Shown: piece after piece, positions 29,731-39,580 of the stretch
How positions within the stretch are numbered: position 1 is the first letter of the stretch
Layout of the letters: each line of letters begins with the position of its first letter
Virus record (IMG/VR): IMGVR_UViG_3300037467_003067
Location: 64,001-128,000 of that record
Reading direction: 5' to 3' (one strand)
From: a virus
Taxonomy: Duplodnaviria > Caudoviricetes
DNA length: 64,000 nucleotides
The notes under the pieces: model-generated
Told to the model about the DNA's origin: nothing
Database searches by the model: none
The model's input: the letters and a program-made list of their open reading frames with translations, nothing else
Program-made: the position numbers and the translations under genes

Positions 29731-30324
29731 TTAGTCTTGGGGTTGGAGCGGCTTGCCGGTCATCGTCTCCACCCAAAACCAGCAGATGTCCTTGATCTTC
29801 TTTTTGGGCTTTCGGTCAAGGATGATGTGTCGTTTCTTCGAGTGGTAGTTGTAGCACCACCCCAGGTCGCCCGGTTTTGCTCCTTTGCAGAAATTCGAAG
29901 CTGTCACCCTGACCCGGAATCGCCCTGGCGGCGGCGCGTGTCGCCTGAGGTAGAACACTTCGTGATTCACGATGACGGCGGCTTTTTCCATGCTGGTCCC
30001 GCCGTCATCACAGATGTATGCCCACATCGAAGGGCTGATGCCGTCGATGCTGTCTTGGTGGCTCTCCAAGAATTCGGCGGCGAGCAGTCTCGTCTGCTTT
30101 GTCGGCATCTCGGGCGAGTTTCCGTCCCGGAAAGTTCCTGGAAGAAAAACGGTACCGAGGTCGGTTGCGCCGAACAGGACCTTGATCATGAATATTTCGG
30201 GCGTGGAAGGACTGTTGCTGGCGGCAGCCTTGATGCCCTCATCGGCGAGTTGGGCAACGAAGACTTTGGTCGCTTCTTTCGGGACATCACGCCATTCGAT
30301 ATAATAGCCGCAGACCTCTTCCAT
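29731..30324 (-). CDS. hypothetical protein
   Basis: SD GAGGA; part of a minus-strand run. Confidence 0.65.
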   Translation of the reverse strand: MEEVCGYYIEWRDVPKEATKVFVAQLADEGIKAAASNSPSTPEIFMIKVLFGATDLGTVFLPGTFRDGNSPEMPTKQTRLLAAEFLESHQDSIDGISPSMWAYICDDGGTSMEKAAVIVNHEVFYLRRHAPPPGRFRVRVTASNFCKGAKPGDLGWCYNYHSKKRHIILDRKPKKKIKDICWFWVETMTGKPLQPQD

Positions 30325-30342
30325 TGGCTTAGTCCTCGGAGT

Positions 30343-30804
30343 TTACACTGGTGGGATTGCCGGACACCACTCGCAGTTTTCGTACTCTTCCCATCCGAAG
30401 ATGTTATCAGACGAGATCATTTCGATTGGGAAGATTGTCGAAGAGCCATCAATGTGTTTGAGTGTAATCTTGACGACTGTGGGTTCGGGATCATCTGGTG
30501 AACGGACCCAATAGAGTCCGTCTTCGGTGGGGCGTTTCGTGGACCAAGTTGGTTTGGACTTCAGTTCTTCAAGAAGCCCGAGAACATCACTTTGGAGATG
30601 TTCTCGGGCTGTCTCATTATCGGCATCGTATTTCTCTAGCATCTTTTCCGAGGCGTCATCTCCTGGATAGGACAGCCCATAATGATTTTCAAAGCCTTCT
30701 TCATTGCCACTCTCGACGATGACGTCTCTGAATGAGAAGTCGCTGCCTTCGCCGAAACTCACACAGGATTGGGCGATAGAGAGAAGAAGTTCACGCTTGG
30801 TCAC
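30343..30804 (-). CDS. hypothetical protein
   Basis: SD AGGAGA before GTG; WSTKRPTEDGLYW motif. Confidence 0.65.
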   Translation of the reverse strand: MTKRELLLSIAQSCVSFGEGSDFSFRDVIVESGNEEGFENHYGLSYPGDDASEKMLEKYDADNETAREHLQSDVLGLLEELKSKPTWSTKRPTEDGLYWVRSPDDPEPTVVKITLKHIDGSSTIFPIEMISSDNIFGWEEYENCEWCPAIPPV

Positions 30805-31372
30805 GAGAGTCTCCTGTGAAAATTGGTCTCAAATTTTGGGGACAAGCCTTCTGGTTTTCAGATTCCAGCAAAGCTTGGGGAGCAACGTTGACGTGTTTGC
30901 TGGACCTTACGAACTCAGGGAACTCGGGGTTATATTGTTCTTTGGCGAGGTCGAGAGCGGTCAATAGGTCTTCGACGAGGTTTTCTTGCTTGCCGATAAA
31001 GTCAATGGGATTATTGGGTGGACCCACGAAGTGAAGCAAATACTCACTGTAAAATCCGGGACATTTTTCGATGACATTATCCAGGAATTGATGGAATGTG
31101 TTTGCTCGGCATTCAGCATCGAGTGATCGGTATGGGTTCCAATGTCCCGTCTTGAACTTATATTTCCAGTAGGATTGAAACCAGGTTAACGGGTGTCTTA
31201 CAAAGGCAAATGTAAACAAACCTTGACCTGGACTTGTTCGACGGATAGGATGGGGAAGTTTGGTAAATGCCAATTCCCCAATTCCAGATTTCTCCAGGAC
31301 GGTACACACCCAACTTCCTCCGGTTTTAGGGATGTGCAGGAATCGGCTGTTTGGTAAGATAGCGGTAGCCAT
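30791..31372 (-). CDS. sulfotransferase family protein
   Basis: FLHIPKTGGSWV (5'-PSB-like), FAFVRHP..W..S, DFIGKQENL. Confidence 0.8.
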   Translation of the reverse strand: MATAILPNSRFLHIPKTGGSWVCTVLEKSGIGELAFTKLPHPIRRTSPGQGLFTFAFVRHPLTWFQSYWKYKFKTGHWNPYRSLDAECRANTFHQFLDNVIEKCPGFYSEYLLHFVGPPNNPIDFIGKQENLVEDLLTALDLAKEQYNPEFPEFVRSSKHVNVAPQALLESENQKACPQNLRPIFTGDSRDQA

Positions 31373-31418
31373 GGAGTAATCCTGTGAAAATGAGGAGGCA
31401 TCCTTGCCCTTTAAAAAA

Positions 31419-32582
31419 TCAAGCCATTTTGAGAATGGGGGAGTTGTCGCCTTCGTCGTCTGGAGCATCGGCAACTTCGTTACTGGTCTGGTGATCGTAG
31501 GTGATCCGCATGATCTCGCCCATGGATTCGATTTGGCTGATCGAATTGAGGGTGATTGCAATCCATCCAGCGGCCGGGAAAGTGACTTTGGGGAAAGGGG
31601 CAAGCAAGGATTCGATTTTGTTGATGGGAGTAGTGATCCGCATCACCGGAAGCTTGCCATCGGCATAGAGACGACACACCACTCGCCGGGATCGGATAAC
31701 TGTCCCTGCTTCCGGCATATGAATTTTGAAATAAGATGCTTGGTCTGTGTATGTGATTGGTCGATTTGGACCAAGCAGTGTCTTGATGATTTCAAAAGCA
31801 CGAAGTTCGTCTTCGGTGGTGATGATTTGTTTTGAAGTGGCAGGAATGGGCATTGGGATCGGTTGTGGTGGAGAAGTATTCAATGCAGCATTGAGGGTTC
31901 TTTGTCTTGCCCATTCTTCGATAGCACTGGCAAGGAGAGGTTTCCAAGATTCAATAACCGATTCGGTTTGTTTTCTGGTCTCAATGTTGGCAATGGCGAG
32001 TTTGACGAACTCGTTGGAAGGTTCGAGGAGTCGGTTGATCTCCATGATGAGGAAGTTGCGGGTGCGCTCACGCTGAGCGAGAGTCCGAAAGAGCTCTGGG
32101 TTAAACTGACTCTTCTGGAGAACAGTCAAGACTTCAAGGGGAGGGTTCTCGTCATTGAGGACATCCCAGACGGCGAAGCATTCTCGGTCCATGATGTTGG
32201 CATGTTCAGCGTCGGTGAAGAAACGCCAGTGGATACCATTGGTGAGGATGCCGAGTTTGACGGTCGGTTCTTTGGCAAAGTAGTCGGCGAGTTGTTCAGC
32301 GTACTGTCCGAGTTTTTTGCCGACTTCTTTGGCTTCGACGAAGAAGGCGAATCGACTGTTAACGCTGAATGCCCAATCAATGGGCTTTGTGGATCGGTCT
32401 TTGCCGAAGTCCACCTTATGTTCAGGCAGGCATTCTCGGGGATCGGTGATGTCGTAGCCGAGAATGTTGAAGAGAGGGCTAATCAGTGATTGTTTGGTAG
32501 CCTGTTCGTTCCCTCTGCAGTGTTCGTAAACTTGACGAACACGACGAACATACTCTTCAAGTCGCGTGCGGAGATCGCTCAT
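31419..32582 (-). CDS. HsdR N-terminal-like (type I restriction-type) endonuclease domain protein
   Basis: NEQATK..LI.P....LGYD, IDWA, VEAK, GILTNG..WRFFTD. Confidence 0.8.
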   Translation of the reverse strand: MSDLRTRLEEYVRRVRQVYEHCRGNEQATKQSLISPLFNILGYDITDPRECLPEHKVDFGKDRSTKPIDWAFSVNSRFAFFVEAKEVGKKLGQYAEQLADYFAKEPTVKLGILTNGIHWRFFTDAEHANIMDRECFAVWDVLNDENPPLEVLTVLQKSQFNPELFRTLAQRERTRNFLIMEINRLLEPSNEFVKLAIANIETRKQTESVIESWKPLLASAIEEWARQRTLNAALNTSPPQPIPMPIPATSKQIITTEDELRAFEIIKTLLGPNRPITYTDQASYFKIHMPEAGTVIRSRRVVCRLYADGKLPVMRITTPINKIESLLAPFPKVTFPAAGWIAITLNSISQIESMGEIMRITYDHQTSNEVADAPDDEGDNSPILKMA

Positions 32583-32629
32583 TGGGAGATACCCTTGGAT
32601 TGCTAGCATGAAATCTCTGAGATTCTATC

Positions 32630-32658
32630 ATTTTATCCAAGGGCAATTCATTTGTAAA
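32630..32658 (-). promoter_or_regulatory. early promoter
   Basis: gTTTACA-N17-TAAAAT. Confidence 0.7.
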
Positions 32659-32679
32659 CCAGATTTTTCGGCTTGGGAA

Positions 32680-32913
32680 TCAGAACCACCAAGGCATAGC
32701 ACGGACGTTGGCGATGTCCTCGGATTTGAGGTTCTTGAGGTGTTCTCGTGTCTCGGATGAGAGCTTTTCAAGATAGGCACCGGGCTTGGACAACCTGTGA
32801 CCGAATTGGGGATTGTGGAGATCGCCGAGGGTGATTAACATGGGATCATGGGCGACCTCCATCATGACAGATGCAGGCTTGGTTTGCCATTTACGTAAAA
32901 CGTCTTGTGACAT
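32680..32913 (-). CDS. hypothetical protein
   Basis: SD AAGGA; small ORF. Confidence 0.55.
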   Translation of the reverse strand: MSQDVLRKWQTKPASVMMEVAHDPMLITLGDLHNPQFGHRLSKPGAYLEKLSSETREHLKNLKSEDIANVRAMPWWF

Positions 32914-32989
32914 GGTATATTCCTTCGCCTGGTTTTGATCTAATCTTGGAATTCATTATCGCACAGAATGAGGAATGAGACAAGGGGAA

Positions 32990-33268
32990 TTAAAAAGCGA
33001 TATCGGCAGGCAATCCTAGAGTCGGCTCATATGTCCCGGAGACACAGTTTTCAGTCTCAGGTCTACGACGATACATAATCTCCAGACTATACTGCGTAAG
33101 CCGCAAAGAAGGGTTGGTGATACCGTACAAAACCTCAATTGGGAGTTGAGTAACTCGCACTGCTGATGTCGCATTTGCCAAGACTTCAATTGGAAATTGG
33201 GTAACTCGCGCCGCTGGCGTCCCGCTTATTAAAACTTCAATTGGAAATTGAGTAACTCGTGTTGCCAT
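32990..33268 (-). CDS. small repeat protein, probably structural
   Basis: Four RVTQxxIEVL-like repeats; start overlaps the upstream stop. Confidence 0.7.
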   Translation of the reverse strand: MATRVTQFPIEVLISGTPAARVTQFPIEVLANATSAVRVTQLPIEVLYGITNPSLRLTQYSLEIMYRRRPETENCVSGTYEPTLGLPADIAF

Positions 33269-34269
33269 TATGCTTGCACCTTGATGCCAAATTCACCATT
33301 ATTGATATCCGACACGGTCCAAGCTGTTGTTGTTGCGGGGCTCTTCTCCAAAATGTCGATCGAGTAGGAATAAGCATTGCCTACTGACGAATCCGCTGAC
33401 TCGTAATCTACACCGCCCGTGCGATAAAATGTCCGCAATGTCCTGGTCCCAGCGTCATCCTTACGTGCTAATGCGAGTCTCTGAATGCCGTATATCTGGG
33501 CAGCAGCACCAGCAAGGTCTTGGAAGCCGTAGCTGTCCTTTTGTCCCGGAGTCGAACTTGACACATACGTCGTGTCGCCATCGATTGCTTGCTCATCCAC
33601 TGCAGCCCAATTCAAGCCTGTATTTGGCGTGAACTCTGTATAATTGCCTGCCGCGTTGGGATAAATACATTGGACTCGGACATCGCCAAGGAAGTCATTG
33701 TTAGCAGATCCATTTGTATCTGCCAAGTAGAGGTCATCAAGCCAATAAGCGTCATTTGAACTTGCCGTAAATTTCAAATCATTGGCATAGGCGTTCGCGG
33801 AAGTTATGGTATTTACGCCAGTCGCACTTAACCAAGTTACACCGTTTACACGAAGTTCATAAGCACCTGTTGTGCTGTGGAATGTGACTTTAAGTTCAAC
33901 ATAATTAGTTGCATTTCGGACAATAGCATTCGTGGTTGTCCCCAAAAGGACACTTTGATTGCCCCTGAAAAGAGAGAATTGTCCGGTTTGATTCATTGCT
34001 AGAGAACATTGATACGTAGTACCATCAAGGAAACTCACGGAGGTTGACCAAGAAGGAGTCCAATCTGTATAGGTGAAGGCAAAGCCTACGATTAGGGTGG
34101 TGGAATTGGCAAATATTTTTTCTAGGTTAGATCCGTTTACACGAACGCCTTGAGTCGAATTTCTTCCAAATGATGAACTGAGTTGGTTGCCAGAGACCTG
34201 GTTCCATTTTTTTGATAAATCAGATATGCTTGCGTAATGATCAAATGATTCCATGAAAAGAAGTGCCAT
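33268..34269 (-). CDS. putative tail/virion beta-sandwich protein
   Basis: MALLFMESFDHY, YVELKV, DDLY..D......FLGDVRV motifs typical of phage structural proteins. Confidence 0.7.
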   Translation of the reverse strand: MALLFMESFDHYASISDLSKKWNQVSGNQLSSSFGRNSTQGVRVNGSNLEKIFANSTTLIVGFAFTYTDWTPSWSTSVSFLDGTTYQCSLAMNQTGQFSLFRGNQSVLLGTTTNAIVRNATNYVELKVTFHSTTGAYELRVNGVTWLSATGVNTITSANAYANDLKFTASSNDAYWLDDLYLADTNGSANNDFLGDVRVQCIYPNAAGNYTEFTPNTGLNWAAVDEQAIDGDTTYVSSSTPGQKDSYGFQDLAGAAAQIYGIQRLALARKDDAGTRTLRTFYRTGGVDYESADSSVGNAYSYSIDILEKSPATTTAWTVSDINNGEFGIKVQA

Positions 34270-34313
34270 TATTCCCCCAATTAAAATTGCTCCTTTATCT
34301 AGACTAATTAAAT

Positions 34314-35267
34314 TTAATTGTTCTGGATTAGTAGAAGAAGTTGGACCGAAATGTCCTGCCCAGGAGTGCTGCTTCCAACCTGGTCCACGTCAATAGAAAA
34401 CACATCGCCCTCAACCACGTTCACCGTGTCAAAACTCACCTGAGTTCCATCGGTTGCATCAGCCGCCAATTGTAATCGATTCGCTTGAACCACCGACCAA
34501 ATCGACGTTCCATTTACATTAATGTCTACGATCAATGCCGAACCCGATGGCGCTCCCTTTGCGTGGATAAATGCCTTCGTTATAATCCCGTCTCGCTCGA
34601 TTACAATCTCGTTGGTCTTGTTCGCACCGACTGACGCTGCCGTTCCTTGTGCCAACATAAAACAGATCGATCGTGGGAAAACCTGCCCCGTTACAGTTTC
34701 GCCCTGAGATCCAGGCGATCCCTGAACACCCTGCGGACCAGTTGCCCCGGCTGTACCTTGGAAACCCTGATTACCTTGAGTGCCTGTCCCGGCTGTACCT
34801 TGGAAACCCTGATTACCTTGAGTGCCGGTAATGCCTGCCGTACCCTGGAAACCTTGAGTGCCTTGAGTCCCAGTACCGATCGCGCCTTGAAATCCCTGAG
34901 TTCCTTGAGTACCCTGGAAGCCTTGAACGCCCTGAGTCCCAGCACCAGTAACGCCTTGAGTACCTTGCGGACCAGTTGCCCCTATTGTACCCTGGAAGCC
35001 TTGAACGCCCTGAGTCCCAGCACCGGTAGCACCTTGAAAGCCTTGGCTACCTTGAACGCCTTGAGCAGCCGAGGCTCCTTGAACACCGGGCGTGCCTTGA
35101 GGACCAGTAGGACCAATCAATGCCGTTGGGTTAATAGAAGAAAAACTGAAATTACCTCTGTTGTGAAGGCATTTCTGTTGACAACTACTTTGTTCATCGG
35201 TACATGGTGGAATACGAGTGATTGAACTTACAGCTACACCATTAATCATTCTGATGGGATTTCGCAT
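34314..35267 (-). CDS. collagen-like (Gly-X-Gln) fibre protein
   Basis: Long GxQ repeat region followed by a globular C-terminal domain. Confidence 0.85.
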   Translation of the reverse strand: MRNPIRMINGVAVSSITRIPPCTDEQSSCQQKCLHNRGNFSFSSINPTALIGPTGPQGTPGVQGASAAQGVQGSQGFQGATGAGTQGVQGFQGTIGATGPQGTQGVTGAGTQGVQGFQGTQGTQGFQGAIGTGTQGTQGFQGTAGITGTQGNQGFQGTAGTGTQGNQGFQGTAGATGPQGVQGSPGSQGETVTGQVFPRSICFMLAQGTAASVGANKTNEIVIERDGIITKAFIHAKGAPSGSALIVDINVNGTSIWSVVQANRLQLAADATDGTQVSFDTVNVVEGDVFSIDVDQVGSSTPGQDISVQLLLLIQNN

Positions 35268-35362
35268 TACATATCTATTTATAGATTATTCTTAAATATT
35301 GTCGACCAAGCTAATTTAGAGCCTAGTTTTATTTTTATTAAAATTTATAGCCTATATAAGAT

Positions 35363-36952
35363 ATGAGATTTTTGGAGTGGATAATCTTGACTGAAAACAC
35401 GACTGCTTCCCAATTCCTCAAGCAGCCCCAAAATGCGGAGTATGCCCGCTCGGTCAAGAATACGGTCATTAAGTTTGTATCGACTCGGTTCAACGGCTTC
35501 AACCAAAATAGTCTGAGCCGGGTAGTGAACTGGTTCGTGAAGGAATTGATTGTCCAGGGGATTAGTCTGGATCGCGTGTTAACGGTCTTGCAAAACATGT
35601 GGCAAAACATCGGTGATTATATCAGCGGAAATGTCAACAATAATCAGTTGATGAGTAAGTTGAACCTGGTAGATTATCGCTATCAGACCGCCGTTCAGGA
35701 CAGTGAAGAATGGCACGAGTCGCTAGCACAGAAGCAACGTGGGAAGGGGGCTGAGGGGCGTGTGGTCGTATCGCTGAATAACGTGCCTGGTTTCAAGGGA
35801 TGGAATTGGGTGGCTCTTGACAAGAGCTACTGCGGGCAGGAAGGCGATGCCATGGGGCATTGTGGAAATATCGAAAACAAGGGTAACATCTTGTCGTTGC
35901 GAGACCCTGAAGGCTATCCCCACCTAACGTTCATCAATCATCAGGGCGTCTTGGGTGAGATGAAAGGTCGCGGCAATTCGAAGCCAGTCCCCAGGTATTA
36001 TCCGGCGATCGTGAAGTTATTGTTGAGCAATGAGATCGGAGCAATTCGCGGTGGAGGGTATGCTCCCAAGAACAATTTTGACCTATCTGATCTTCCCGAA
36101 GATATGTACACGATGGTCAAATCACAAAAGCCTTATATCGATAATCCTAATGCATTTGAAAAAAAGCATCATGAAATTATTCAAGGTTTGACCAAAAAGA
36201 CTCGTGGGCAACTTTTGAAAAATTCGAATGTTGAGAATGTTGGACAAACAGTTGCGGACTTGGTCAACAGGAATTATGATTCGCCTCTAATATATGACAC
36301 CGAGACAAAAGACAAATCTCCAGAGCAGGTGTACAAGAATAATATTTGGAAGATGTATACGGAATTATTGAATGCGGTATATTCTCGGGCTCGCACGTCT
36401 CATCCCGAGGAATTATTGGCTTGGATGGACAAGATGGTTGAGTCGTTCGTGTCGGCTATGGTCGAGCGAGATCACAAGACATGGAAGGAGTCACCCCCGC
36501 AGGATAAACAATTTTTCCCGCAACTTAGCAATATCGTGAAGCTTGACGAGATGGTTTATCGACTTTCGCACCAACAGCCCGAGATCATGCGTTCGGCACC
36601 GAAGCGGAGCCGGTTTGGTAATTGGTCATCGTACATTAAGGCATTGCGTCGGTTCCTGGATCATGAAGGGTACGAGTTGCCTGGTTATCGTCCAGGGAAC
36701 CATCAGATCAGCTATGAGTTCAATCAGAAAATGGCTGAAGAAGTAGCTCGTCAAGGCAAGGGCATCGTGGACCTTGTCAATCAGGCTTATGCCGACATGG
36801 ACCCGAGGTTGAGTGCTGGTCCGTTGGCGCGTCACCAATTCACGCGAGAGAACCCCAATGATTTCTTCTATGGCAAAGACCCTTCATTGGGGTTGACCAG
36901 GAATAGTCGAAGACGGTTGGATCGCATGGAGCGAGAATATGGCGATGAATGA
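35363..36952 (+). CDS. PcfJ-like domain protein with capsid-targeting-like N-terminus
   Basis: EGDAMGHCG..ILSLRD..PHLT..EMKGRGNSKP; MRFLEWIILTEN. Confidence 0.65.
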   Translation: MRFLEWIILTENTTASQFLKQPQNAEYARSVKNTVIKFVSTRFNGFNQNSLSRVVNWFVKELIVQGISLDRVLTVLQNMWQNIGDYISGNVNNNQLMSKLNLVDYRYQTAVQDSEEWHESLAQKQRGKGAEGRVVVSLNNVPGFKGWNWVALDKSYCGQEGDAMGHCGNIENKGNILSLRDPEGYPHLTFINHQGVLGEMKGRGNSKPVPRYYPAIVKLLLSNEIGAIRGGGYAPKNNFDLSDLPEDMYTMVKSQKPYIDNPNAFEKKHHEIIQGLTKKTRGQLLKNSNVENVGQTVADLVNRNYDSPLIYDTETKDKSPEQVYKNNIWKMYTELLNAVYSRARTSHPEELLAWMDKMVESFVSAMVERDHKTWKESPPQDKQFFPQLSNIVKLDEMVYRLSHQQPEIMRSAPKRSRFGNWSSYIKALRRFLDHEGYELPGYRPGNHQISYEFNQKMAEEVARQGKGIVDLVNQAYADMDPRLSAGPLARHQFTRENPNDFFYGKDPSLGLTRNSRRRLDRMEREYGDE

Positions 36953-36969
36953 GTGGCAACAATCGAAAA

Positions 36970-37257
36970 CTAGGGCGATGACTTGACCAATGCGCCCTCG
37001 CCAGCCCAGCCGGTTCCTGCTTCGCATTCAACCAGACAATTGCGATAAGGAACTTTGCCGATCTCTTGGTATTCATTATCCCAATAGTCGTAGTCGATCA
37101 CGATATCGACCACCTCAATCACTTTGCCAAATCCTCTAAATACACAAGTGGTATCGACTTTTTGGTTGTATGTACCGTTTGCTGGAGCATGACCAAGACA
37201 TAGTCCGGCAGGGGTTTTGGGAAATACGCTATCGCCTACATTGATCTCATTTGCCAT
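36970..37257 (-). CDS. hypothetical protein
   Basis: SD GGAG; small ORF. Confidence 0.6.
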   Translation of the reverse strand: MANEINVGDSVFPKTPAGLCLGHAPANGTYNQKVDTTCVFRGFGKVIEVVDIVIDYDYWDNEYQEIGKVPYRNCLVECEAGTGWAGEGALVKSSP

Positions 37258-37310
37258 TTGCTAAGCTCCAAAAAGGGGCATCCTTGTCCCTGAGATACTC
37301 TATCGAAGAT

Positions 37311-38102
37311 TCAATCATCACCATCATCATCTTCGTCTTCGTCTTCAGGCTCAGGATCTGCCTTCAAGCCAATCATATCGTCCAGGCGTTTGCGCCTAGC
37401 ATCGGTCAGGTCACAGATTGTGAAGGAGATTTTGTACGTGGCTTCATCGAGCGCATCGGCGAGGATTTTACGACCGATGCTGAGGGTGTCGCCCATCATT
37501 TCATAGATGGTATCGATCGGCTTTTTTTGTTTGAAGTTGATTGGACTGATGGTCTGGACGTGGTATGTTTCACCGGTCTTGGTGACTTGGACGTAGCCCT
37601 GTTTGACACTGGCAAGAAGTTTCTTGTCGGCGATCTCTTGCAAGCCCTCTTTGGTGTATCTTTGCTTGTAGTAAGTGGGCATTTCGGTTTTGCCGTTTTT
37701 GTAGCATAGATGCGGTCGCCCGAGATGCATGAAGAAAGCATTGACGTAGTCGGCACGCGACCAATGACATCGCTCGACCATCTTGTCGATGGCATCATCG
37801 GACTGCTGCTTCAGCCAATCCGTGATATCGAGGCTGACCCATCGAAGAGTGCCGTGCTCATAGTGAAGGTCGACCCGATTGAGCGTGCCGTCGTTGCTGA
37901 ATGTCCATTCGTATTCCCCGCTCCATTCATGATGGTCGCGGGCGAATTGTCCCAAGGTAAGCGAGCCTTTCTGCTGCGTGGCGACGAGCTTGTCTCTGTA
38001 CTTCTTGAGCAACTTCAACGGTTCGTTGATGATCAGCTTGCAGGGAATGTCGTCCGAGAACTGCATGTAATCCATCAACGAACCAAGAACGACCATAGCC
38101 AT
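37311..38102 (-). CDS. hypothetical protein
   Basis: 263-aa ORF with acidic tail, downstream of an early promoter. Confidence 0.7.
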   Translation of the reverse strand: MAMVVLGSLMDYMQFSDDIPCKLIINEPLKLLKKYRDKLVATQQKGSLTLGQFARDHHEWSGEYEWTFSNDGTLNRVDLHYEHGTLRWVSLDITDWLKQQSDDAIDKMVERCHWSRADYVNAFFMHLGRPHLCYKNGKTEMPTYYKQRYTKEGLQEIADKKLLASVKQGYVQVTKTGETYHVQTISPINFKQKKPIDTIYEMMGDTLSIGRKILADALDEATYKISFTICDLTDARRKRLDDMIGLKADPEPEDEDEDDDGDD

Positions 38103-38190
38103 AATAGAAGACTCTTATTGTGAGTTCGTGAACTTCGTTGGGGTTTGATGCCGATTCAGTCAATCTGGAGTCCCAGCATCGACATCAACC

Positions 38191-38219
38191 ACTATAGCAG
38201 CTTTGTTTGCCGTTGTAAA
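38191..38219 (-). promoter_or_regulatory. early promoter
   Basis: TTTACA-N17-TATAGT. Confidence 0.7.
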
Positions 38220-38321
38220 GTCCAAAATTAAAAATTTGTGGTTTCGATTCCAATATATAACTTAAGGTAGGACCATGGTAATAGCAAAGTGGGTATTGGG
38301 ATGAAGGGCAAATCATCAGGA

Positions 38322-39509
38322 ATGGATCATTTCTTAAGCGGATTGAAAACCTGGTTGGAGGCAACCGAATCTTACGTTGCCAAGAAGGTCGACCCCGCAT
38401 TGATGACGTGGGACGAATTCTGGCAATTGGTCAATCCTCAGTACAAGAGTCATTCTTCGGACGCCTATGACTATTCGCTCGAAGATTACGGCATGCAACA
38501 CAAGAAGGAGGATTATCCCACGCTCCTCTTCAGGAGGAAGATTTCTGGCATCACTTTCGAATTCCGCTTGAAGAAAGAGGATCGATATCAGTGGAAATTC
38601 GTCAAGACCGATCAGGATGGCGAACCGGTTCGAATCAACGGCGAACTCCAATATTATACGCCCGAGGAATTAGAACGATTCGGCAAGCAAAGATACGCCT
38701 ACAGCTTTGCGGTATTCGATGGCGATCAGCAGGTTGCCTTGGCGCAAGACGAGTGGGGATGTTTGCTGTTTGCGGTCGCGCGAGAATATCGCGGTTTTGG
38801 TCTGGGACCGATGCTTGCCAAGATAGCATGGGAAGCAGAGCCGGGTAAGGACACAGGAGGATGTACTCCGGGTGGAGCCGCCACGACCAAGAAAGCCTAC
38901 CAAGAATTCGTCCGAGATTATTTGAAAAAGGGTTTTTATTCTTACCTGGTCCGCGAAGGACTCTTGACTGCCGAAAAGGTCAAGGCGATCATTGCGAGCG
39001 CCAAGCTTTCCCCGCCCAAGGAGAATTCCAGGGTTGACCTTGGGACCAATGACCCCAAAGACTTGCTCCTGTATGCCGAGAATGGACACTTCATCCTCTA
39101 CAATCGCAAATTAAAAGATTTGCTGGACCAGGGAGATGAGGAACATTATTACTACTGGTATGAGAAGTGTATCAAGGGAACTTCCTTTGCTGGTGGCGGC
39201 TATGCTACCTCGGACCGACTCTTCCTTCATCAACTCGGCGGCGATACTCCGAACATCAAGAAGTTCATGTTCAATCTGGCACTGAGCTACTGTCGCCAGG
39301 AGAATGTTCCGCTTCATGTTTACAATGACGACATCGGCTTGGTTGATCCGGCGACGATGGAAGTCAATGGCAACTTGGTCACCTTGAAGACGGCTCCGAT
39401 CGATTACAGGGCGTGGGCTTTGCAGGAGAAAACGTTCAGGCGGTCTTTCGATAGGTACCAAGAATTCAAATCAAGATTGTTGGAGCTAGCTGAAGTCAAA
39501 TATAGGTAA
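38322..39509 (+). CDS. GNAT-like acetyltransferase with capsid-targeting-like N-terminus
   Basis: V..EYRGFGLG (acetyl-CoA motif A), TPGG; LKTWLEATES. Confidence 0.65.
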   Translation: MDHFLSGLKTWLEATESYVAKKVDPALMTWDEFWQLVNPQYKSHSSDAYDYSLEDYGMQHKKEDYPTLLFRRKISGITFEFRLKKEDRYQWKFVKTDQDGEPVRINGELQYYTPEELERFGKQRYAYSFAVFDGDQQVALAQDEWGCLLFAVAREYRGFGLGPMLAKIAWEAEPGKDTGGCTPGGAATTKKAYQEFVRDYLKKGFYSYLVREGLLTAEKVKAIIASAKLSPPKENSRVDLGTNDPKDLLLYAENGHFILYNRKLKDLLDQGDEEHYYYWYEKCIKGTSFAGGGYATSDRLFLHQLGGDTPNIKKFMFNLALSYCRQENVPLHVYNDDIGLVDPATMEVNGNLVTLKTAPIDYRAWALQEKTFRRSFDRYQEFKSRLLELAEVKYR

Positions 39510-39580
39510 GTAACTTGAAATTCTACCAATTTATCATCTAAGTATACTACTATAATTTTAACTCGAAAGGAGTGGTAGGA